A DNA stretch of 64,000 bases from Auanema rhodensis (taxonomy: Eukaryota; Animalia; Nematoda): positions 1,116,001-1,180,000 of the forward strand of contig OZ059895.1 of NCBI GenBank assembly GCA_964057225.1, in the 5' to 3' direction. The position numbers and the translations under genes were made by a program. The notes under the pieces are model-generated. The model did not search any database. It had not been told where the DNA came from and saw only the letters and a program-made list of their open reading frames with translations. The first letter of the stretch is position 1; each line of letters begins with the position of its first letter. Shown piece after piece: positions 55,835 through 64,000 of this stretch.

Positions 55835-58800
55835 ACACTAATGCATCATTTTTCAAACGATCATAACTAATTTTTGTATTAAGCGTTTCTCAATGTAGTA
55901 TAGTGCAATCGATGTGGATTTTTAAGCTGCGTCGATCTGTGTTATCAGATTTGCGCTAGCTTAAAAATGCACCGAGATATCAACTGATATAAGTTCACAC
56001 TTATATCCTCGATTTTCACCCTGAAGAATTAATTTTTTCGTTGAATAACATTGTCCATCGTCTTTGCCTTGAAAAAAGGAATCTAAAAACATCTACTTTT
56101 TGCTAAATTATTTTGAAATTTTTCGAAAAAATTTTTGTCAAAATGTTTTTGGAAGCAATGTTGAGTGTACATGGAAACTCAACATACACTAATGCATCAT
56201 TTTTCAAACGATCATAACTATTTTTTGTATTAAGCGTTTCTCAATGTAGTATAGTGCATTCGATGCGGATTTTTAAGCTGCGTCGTTCTGTGTTATCAGA
56301 TTTGCGCTAGCTTAAAAATGCACCGAGATATCAACTGATATAAGTTCACACTTATATCCTCGATTTTCACCCTGAAGAATTAATTTTTTCGTTGAGTAAC
56401 ATTGTCCATCGTCTTTGCCTTGAAAAAAGGAATCTAAAAACATCTACTTTTTGCTAAATTATTTTGAAATTTTTCGAAAACATTTTTGTCAAAATGTTTT
56501 TGGAAGCAATGTTGAGTGTACATGGAAACTCAACATACACTAATGCATCATTTTTCAAACGATCATAACTAATTTTTGTATTAAGCGTTTCTCAATGTAG
56601 TATAGTGCATTCGATGCGGATTTTTGAGCTGCGTCGTTCTGTGTTATCAGATTTGCGCTAGCTTAAAAATGCACCGAGATATCAACTGATATAAGTTCAC
56701 ACTTATATCCTCGATTTTCACCCTGAAGAATTAATTTTTTCGTTGAGTAACATTGTCCATCGTCTTTGCCTTGAAAAAAGGAATCTAAAAACATCTACTT
56801 TTTGCTAAATTATTTTGAAATTTTTCGAAAAAATTTTTGTCAAAATGTTTTTGGAAGCAATGTTGAGTGTACATGGAAACTCAACATACACTAATGCATC
56901 ATTTTTCAAACGATCATAACTAATTTTTGTATTAAGCGTTTCTCAATGTAGTATAGTGCAATCGATGTGGATTTTTAAGCTGCGTCGATCTGTGTTATCA
57001 GATTTGCGCTAGCTTAAAAATGCACCGAGATATCAACTGATATAAGTTCACACTTATATCCTCGATTTTCACCCTGAAGAATTAATTTTTTCGTTGAATA
57101 ACATTGTCCATCGTGTTTGCCTTAAAAAAAGGAATCTAAAAACATCTACTTTTTGCTAAATTATTTTGAAATTTTTCGAAAAAATTTTTGTCAAAATGTT
57201 TTTGGAAGCAATCTTGAGTGTACATGGAAACTCAACATACACTAATGCATCATTTTTCAAACGATCATAACTAATTTTTGTATTAAGCGTTTCTCAATGT
57301 AGTATAATGCATTCGATGCGGATTTTTAAGCTGCGTCGTTCTGTGTTATCAGATTTGCGCTAGCTTAAAAATGCACCGAGATATCAACTGATATAAGTTC
57401 ACACTTATATCCTCGATTTTCACCCTGAAGAATTAATTTTTTCGTTGAGTAACATTGTCCATCGTCTTTGCCTTGAGAAATGAAATCTAAAAACATCTAC
57501 TTTTTGCTAAATTATTTTGAAATTTTTCGAAAAAATTTTCGTCAAAATGTTTTTGGAAGCAATGTTGAGTGTACATGGAAACTCAACATACACTAATGCA
57601 TCATTTTTCAAACGATCATAACTAATTTTTGTATTAAGCGTTTCTCAATGTAGTATAGTGCAATCGATGTGGATTTTTAAGCTGCGTCGATCTGTGTTAT
57701 CAGATTTGCGCTAGCTTAAAAATGCACCGAGATATCAACTGATATAAGTTCACACTTATATCCTCGATTTTCACCCTGAAGAATTAATTTTTTTGTTGAG
57801 TAACATTGTCCATCGTCTTTGCCTTGAAAAAAGGAATCTAAAAACATCTACTTTTTGCAAAATTATTTTGAAATTCTTCGAAAAAATTTTTATCAAAATG
57901 TTTTTGGAAGCAATGTTGAGTGTACATGGAAACTCAACATACACTAATGCATCATTTTTCAATCAATCATAACTAATTTTTGTATTAAGCGTTTCTCAAT
58001 GTAGTATAGTGCATTCGATGCGGATTTTTAAGCTGCGTCGATCTGTGTTATCAGATTTGCGCTAGCTTAAAAATGCACCGAGATATCAACTGATATATGT
58101 TCACACTTATATCCTCGATTTTCACCCTGAAGAATTAATTTTTTCGTTGAATAACATTGTCCATCGTCTTTGCCTTGAAAAAAGGAATCTAAAAACATCT
58201 ACTTTTTGCTAAATTATTTTGAAATTTTTCGAAAAAATTTTTGTCAAAATGTTTTTGGAAGCAATGTTGAGTGTACATGGAAACTCAACATACACTAATG
58301 CATCATTTTTCAAACGATCATAACTAATTTTTGTATTAAGCGTTTCTCAATGTAGTATAGTGCATTCGATGCGGATTTTTAAGCTGCGTCGTTCTGTGTT
58401 ATCAGATTTGCGCTAGCTTAAAAATGCACCGAGATATCAACTGATATAAGTTCACACTTATATCCTCGATTTTCACCCTGAAGAATTAATTTTTTCGTTG
58501 AATAACATTGTCCATCGTCTTTGCTTGAAAAATGGAATCTAAAAACATCTACTTTTTGCTAAATTATTTTGAAATTTTTCGAAAAAATTTTTGTCAAAAT
58601 GTTTTTGGAAGCAATGTTGAGTGTACATGGAAACTCAACATACACTAATGCATCATTTTTCAAACGATCATAACTAATTTTTGTATCAAGCGTTTCTCAA
58701 TGTAGTATAGTGCATTCGATGCGGATTTTTAAGCTGCGTCGTTCTGTGTTATCAGATTTGCGCTAGCTTAAAAATGCACCGAGATATCAACTGATATAAG

Positions 58801-61800
58801 TTCACACTTATATCCTCGATTTTCACCCTGAAGAATTAATTTTTTCGTTGAATAACATTGTCCTTCGTCTCTGCCTTGAAAAAAGGAATCTAAAAACATC
58901 TACTTTTTGCTAAATTATTTTGAAATTTTTCGAAAAAATTTTTGTCAAAATGTTTTTGGAAGCAATGTTGAGTGTACATGGAAACTCAACATACACTAAT
59001 GCATCATTTTTCAAACGATCATAACTAATTTTTGTATTAAGCGTTTCTCAATGTAGTATAGTGCATTCGATGCGGATTTTTAAGCTGCGTCGATCTGTGT
59101 TATCAGATTTGCGCTAGCTTAAAAATGCACCGAGATATCAACTGATATAAGTTCACACTTATATCCTCGATTTTCACCCTGAAGAATTAATTTTTTCGTT
59201 GAATAACATTGTCCATCGTCTTTGCCTTGAAAAAAGGAATCTAAAAACATCTACTTTTTGCTAAATTATTTTGAAATTTTTCGAAAAAATTTTTGTCAAA
59301 ATGTTTTTGGAAGCAATGTTGAGTGTACATGGAAACTCAACATACACTAATGCATCATTTTTCAAACGATCATAACTAATTTTTGTATTAAGCGTTTCTC
59401 AATGTAGTATAGTGCATTCGATGCGGATTTTTAAACTGCGTCGATCTGTGTTATCAAATTTGCGCTAGCTTAAAAATGCACCGAGATATCAACTGATATG
59501 AGTTCACACATATATCCTCGATTTTCACCCTGAAGAATTAATTTTTTCGTTGAATAACAATGTCAATTGTCTTTGCCTTGAAAAAAAGAATCTAAAAACA
59601 TCTACTTTTTGCTAAATTATTTTGAAATTTTTCGAAAAAATTTTTGTCAAAATGTTTTTGGAAGCAATGTTGAGTGTACATGGAAACTCAACATACACTA
59701 ATGCATCATTTTTCAAACGATCATAACTAATTTTTGTATTAAGCGTTTCTCAATGTAGTATAGTGCATTCGATGCGGATTTTTAAGCTGCGTCGATCTGT
59801 GTTATCAGATTTGCGCTAGCTTAAAAATGCACCGAGATATCAACTGATATAAGTTCACACTTATATCCTCGATTTTCACCCTGAAGAATTAATTTTTTCG
59901 TTGAATAACATTGTCCATCGTCTTTGCTTGAAAAATGGAATCTAAAAACATCTACTTTTTGCTAAATTATTTTGAAATTTTTCGAAAAAATTTTTGTCAA
60001 AATGTTTTTGGAAGCAATGTTGAGTGTACATGGAAACTCAACATACACTAATGCATCATTTTTCAAACGATCATAACTAATTTTTGTATCAAGCGTTTCT
60101 CAATGTAGTATAGTGCATTCGATGCGGATTTTTAAGCTGCGTCGTTCTGTGTTATCAGATTTGCGCTAGCTTAAAAATGCACCGAGATATCAACTGATAT
60201 AAGTTCACACTTATATCCTCGATTTTCACCCTGAAGAATTAATTTTTTCGTTGAATAACATTGTCCATCGTCTTTGCCTTGAAAAAAGGAATCTAAAAAC
60301 ATCTACTTTTTGCTAAATTATTTTGAAATTTTTCGAAAAAATTTTTGTCAAAATGTTTTTGGAAGCAATGTTGAGTGTACATGGAAACTCAACATACACT
60401 AATGCATCATTTTTCAAACGATCATAACTAATTTCTGTATCAAGCGTTTCTCAATGTAGTATAGTGCATTCGATGCGGATTTTTAAGCTGCGTCGATCTG
60501 TGTTATCAGATTTGCGCTAGCTTAAAAATGCACCGAGATATCAACTGATATAAGTTCACACTTATATCCTCGATTTTCACCCTGAAGAATTAATTTTTTC
60601 GTTGAATAACATTGTCCATCGTCTTTACCTTGAAAAAAGGAATCTAAAAACATCTACTTTTTGCTAAATTATTCTGAAATTTTTCGAAAAAATTTTTGTC
60701 AAAATGTTTTTGGAAGCAATGTTGAGTGTACATGGAAACTCAACATACACTAATGCATCATTTTTCAAACGATCATAACTAATTTTTGTATTAAGCGTTT
60801 CTCAATGTAGTATAGTGCATTCGATGCGGATTTTTAAACTGCGTCGATCTGTGTTATCAAATTTGCGCTAGCTTAAAAATGCACCGAGATATCAACTGAT
60901 ATAAGTTCACACTTATATCCTCGATTTTCACCCTGAAGAATTAATTTTTTCGTTGAATAACAATGTCAATTGTCTTTGCCTTGAAAAAAAGAATCTAAAA
61001 ACATCTACTTTTTGCTAAATTATTTTGAAATTTTTCGAAAAAATTTTTGTCAAAATGTTTTTGGAAGCAATGTTGAGTGTACATGGAAACTCAACATACA
61101 CTAATGCATCATTTTTCAAACGATCATAACTAATTTTTGTATTAAGCGTTTCTCAATGTAGTATAGTGCATTCGATGCGGATTTTTAAGCTGCGTCGATC
61201 TGTGTTATCAGATTTGCGCTAGCTTAAAAATGCACCGAGATATCAACTGATATAAGTTCACACTTATATCCTCGATTTTCACCCTGAAGAATTAAGTTTT
61301 TCGTTGAATAACATTGTCCATCGTCTTTACCTTGAAAAAAGGAATCTAAAAACATCTACTTTTTGCAAAATTATTTTGAAATTCTTCGAAAAAATTTTTA
61401 TCAAAATGTTTTTGGAAGCAATGTTGAGTGTACATGGAAACTCAACATACACTAATGCATCATTTTTCAATCAATCATAACTAATTTTTGTATTAAGCGT
61501 TTCTCAATTTAGTATAGTGCATTCGATGCGGATTTTTAAGCTGCGTCGATCTGTGTTATCAGATTTGCGCTAGCTTAAAAATGCACCGAGATATCAACTG
61601 ATATATGTTCACACTTATATCCTCGATTTTCACCCTGAAGAATTAATTTTTTCGTTGAATAACATTGTCCATCGTCTTTGCCTTGAAAAAAGGAATCTAA
61701 AAACATCTACTTTTTGCTAAATTATTTTGAAATTTTTCGAAAAAATTTTTGTCAAAATGTTTTTGGAAGCAATGTTGAGTGTACATGGAAACTCAACATA

Positions 61801-62583
61801 CACTAATGCATCATTTTTCAAACGATCATAACTAATTTTTGTATTAAGCGTTTCTCAATGTAGTATAGTGCATTCGATGCGGATTTTTAAGCTGCGTCGT
61901 TCTGTGTTATCAGATTTGCGCTAGCTTAAAAATGCACCGAGATATCAACTGATATAAGTTCACACTTATATCCTCGATTTTCACCCTGAAGAATTAATTT
62001 TTTCGTTGAATAACATTGTCCATCGTCTTTGCTTGAAAAATGGAATCTAAAAACATCTACTTTTTGCTAAATTATTTTGAAATTTTTCGAAAAAATTTTT
62101 GTCAAAATGTTTTTGGAAGCAATGTTGAGTGTACATGGAAACTCAACATACACTAATGCATCATTTTTCAAACGATCATAACTAATTTTTGTATCAAGCG
62201 TTTCTCAATGTAGTATAGTGCATTCGATGCGGATTTTTAAGCTGCGTCGTTCTGTGTTATCAGATTTGCGCTAGCTTAAAAATGCACCGAGATATCAACT
62301 GATATAAGTTCACACTTATATCCTCGATTTTCACCCTGAAGAATTAATTTTTTCGTTGAATAACATTGTCCTTCGTCTTTGCCTTGAAAAAAGGAATCTA
62401 AAAACATCTACTTTTTGCTAAATTATTTTGAAATTTTTCGAAAAAATTTTTGTCAAAATGTTTTTGGAAGCAATGTTGAGTGTACATGGAAACTCAACAT
62501 ACACTAATGCATCATTTTTCAAACGATCATAACTAATTTTTGTATTAAGCGTTTCTCAATGTAGTATAGTGCATTCGATGCGG

Positions 62584-62634
62584 ATTTTTAAGCTGCGTCG
62601 ATCTGTGTTATCAGATTTGCGCTAGCTTAAAAAT
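62584..62634. other. Long imperfect inverted repeat present in every monomer (pos 84-134; example copy)
   Basis: ATTTTTAAGCT (84-94) / AGCTTAAAAAT (124-134) form 11-bp perfect arms. Inner GCG/CGC and ATCTG/CAGAT surround the loop TGTTAT. Confidence 0.9.
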
Positions 62635-62651
62635 GCACCGAGATATCAACT

Positions 62652-62673
62652 GATATAAGTTCACACTTATATC
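62652..62673. other. 9-bp perfect stem, 4-nt loop in nearly every monomer (pos 152-173; example copy)
   Basis: GATATAAGT-TCAC-ACTTATATC. Confidence 0.92.
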
Positions 62674-62750
62674 CTCGATTTTCACCCTGAAGAATTAATT
62701 TTTTCGTTGAATAACATTGTCCATCGTCTTTGCCTTGAAAAAAGGAATCT

Positions 62751-62816
62751 AAAAACATCTACTTTTTGCTAAATTATTTTGAAATTTTTCGAAAAAATTT
62801 TTGTCAAAATGTTTTT
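62751..62816. other. A/T-tract-rich nested dyad region in every monomer (pos 251-316; example copy)
   Basis: AAAAACAT (251-258)/ATGTTTTT (309-316); ATTTTGA (276-282)/TCAAAAT (304-310); palindrome TTTTTCGAAAAA (285-296). Confidence 0.8.
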
Positions 62817-62823
62817 GGAAGCA

Positions 62824-62851
62824 ATGTTGAGTGTACATGGAAACTCAACAT
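62824..62851. other. 9-bp perfect stem, 10-nt loop in nearly every monomer (pos 324-351; example copy)
   Basis: ATGTTGAGT-GTACATGGAA-ACTCAACAT. Confidence 0.92.
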
Positions 62852-64000
62852 ACACTAATGCATCATTTTTCAAACGATCATAACTAATTTTTGTATTAAG
62901 CGTTTCTCAATGTAGTATAGTGCATTCGATGCGGATTTTTAAACTGCGTCGATCTGTGTTATCAAATTTGCGCTAGCTTAAAAATGCACCGAGATATCAA
63001 CTGATATGAGTTCACACATATATCCTCGATTTTCACCCTGAAGAATTAATTTTTTCGTTGAATAACAATGTCAATTGTCTTTGCCTTGAAAAAAAGAATC
63101 TAAAAACATCTACTTTTTGCTAAATTATTTTGAAATTTTTCGAAAAAATTTTTGTCAAAATGTTTTTGGAAGCAATGTTGAGTGTACATGGAAACTCAAC
63201 ATACACTAATGCATCATTTTTCAAACGATCATAACTAATTTCTGTATCAAGCGTTTCTCAATGTAGTATAGTGCATTCGATGCGGATTTTTAAACTGCGT
63301 CGATCTGTGTTATCAAATTTGCGCTAGCTTAAAAATGCACCGAGATATCAACTGATATGAGTTCACACTTATATCCTCGATTTTCACCCTGAAGAATTAA
63401 TTTTTCCGTTGAATAACATTGTCCATCGTCTTTGCCTTGAAAAAAGGAATCTAAAAACATCTACTTTTTGCTAAATTATTTTGAAATTTTTCGAAAAAAT
63501 TTTTGTCAAAATGTTTTTGGAAGCAATGTTGAGTGTACATGGAAACTCAACATACACTAATGCATCATTTTTCAAACGATCATAACTAATTTCTGTATCA
63601 AGCGTTTCTCAATGTAGTATAGTGCATTCGATGCGGATTTTTAAGCTGCGTCGATCTGTGTTATCAGATTTGCGCTAGCTTAAAAATGCACCGAGATATC
63701 AACTGATATAAGTTCACACTTATATCCTCGATTTTCACCCTGAAGAATTAATTTTTTCGTTGAATAACATTGTCCATCGTCTTTACCTTGAAAAAAGGAA
63801 TCTAAAAACATCTACTTTTTGCTAAATTATTCTGAAATTTTTCGAAAAAATTTTTGTCAAAATGTTTTTGGAAGCAATGTTGAGTGTACATGGAAACTCA
63901 ACATACACTAATGCATCATTTTTCAAACGATCATAACTAATTTTTGTATTAAGCGTTTCTCAATGTAGTATAGTGCATTCGATGCGGATTTTTAAACTGC

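Larger units (their letters stand above)
62501..62851 (+). repeat. Consensus-identical 351-bp monomer (reference copy m179; m52 at 17902 and m169 at 58993 also appear to be consensus)
   Basis: It carries the majority base at every variable position I tracked. Hand count: 57 C + 53 G out of 351, and 12 CpG. Confidence 0.9.
57850..63202. repeat. Domain D block duplication with 10-monomer offset (3508 bp): m165(3')-m170 repeated as m175(3')-m180
   Basis: TTTATCAAAA, AATCAATC, GATATATGT, the 1-bp deletion TTGCTTG, CCTTCGT and the divergent CAATGTCAATTGT monomer recur in the same order (57941 vs 61449). Confidence 0.9.
1..64000. repeat. 351-bp tandem satellite DNA array (182 full monomers + 96 bp partial), single orientation
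   Basis: ACACTAATGCATC recurs at 1, 352, 703 and so on, and exactly at 7021, 14041, 21061, 28081, 35101 and 42121 (steps of 20x351). The last monomer starts at 63905 = 182x351+1+22, which matches the observed indels (+21, four +1, three -1). No unique sequence anywhere. Confidence 0.99.

Noticed and set aside
58092-59516. Apparent compensatory changes in the 152-173 stem (T158 and A167 are pairing partners)
   Set aside because: They occur in different monomers (m166/m176 versus m157/m170/m180) and never in cis, so there is no covariation support for the hairpin within this window.
62501-62851. Tandem RNA gene unit (5S rRNA, tRNA, snRNA, spliced leader) or terminators
   Set aside because: I could recognise no conserved RNA gene sequence, cloverleaf or Pol III A/B/C boxes. 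The hairpins lack gene context. An Rfam/Infernal scan would be the decisive check.
62501-62851. MITE or transposon-end origin of the monomer
   Set aside because: Internal inverted repeats make this conceivable, but there are no terminal inverted repeats with target-site duplications and no coding remnants. It cannot be supported without a Dfam or Repbase search.
1-64000. CRISPR-like array (regular palindromic repeats)
   Set aside because: There are no unique spacers: the entire 351 bp repeats. No cas genes or leader.
1-64000. Sequencing artefact (rolling-circle concatemer or collapsed repeat)
   Set aside because: Variants are linked, ordered and domain-specific rather than random or absent, which indicates a genuine evolved genomic array.

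Overview
The whole 64 kb window is one uninterrupted head-to-tail tandem array of an AT-rich (~31% GC, hand count) 351-bp monomer. It holds 182 full copies plus a 96-bp partial copy, all in the same orientation, each usually 0-8 substitutions from the consensus. This is eukaryotic-type satellite DNA (heterochromatic, pericentromeric, centromeric or subtelomeric; the organism and family are not recognised). There are no credible genes, RNA genes, transposon insertions or CRISPR spacers. The three 63-aa ORFs arise from one SNV that removes a stop codon. Structure exists at three scales. (1) Inside the monomer: four dyad/hairpin elements arranged as two pairs almost exactly half a monomer (~175 bp) apart. 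(2) Between monomers: a patchwork of short-lived local higher-order repeats (2-, 3-, 4-, 5- and 6-mers, 10-monomer-offset duplications, and a loose 18-monomer super-period). (3) Across the array: four variant-defined domains, with one sharp boundary at a 21-bp out-of-register duplication at 42698-42739. Conventions: mN is monomer number (m1 starts at 1). 'pos' is the position in the monomer counted from ACACTAATGC. m179 (62501-62851) is a pure consensus copy. All variant calls were read by eye. I found no evidence of a novel protein-coding system.
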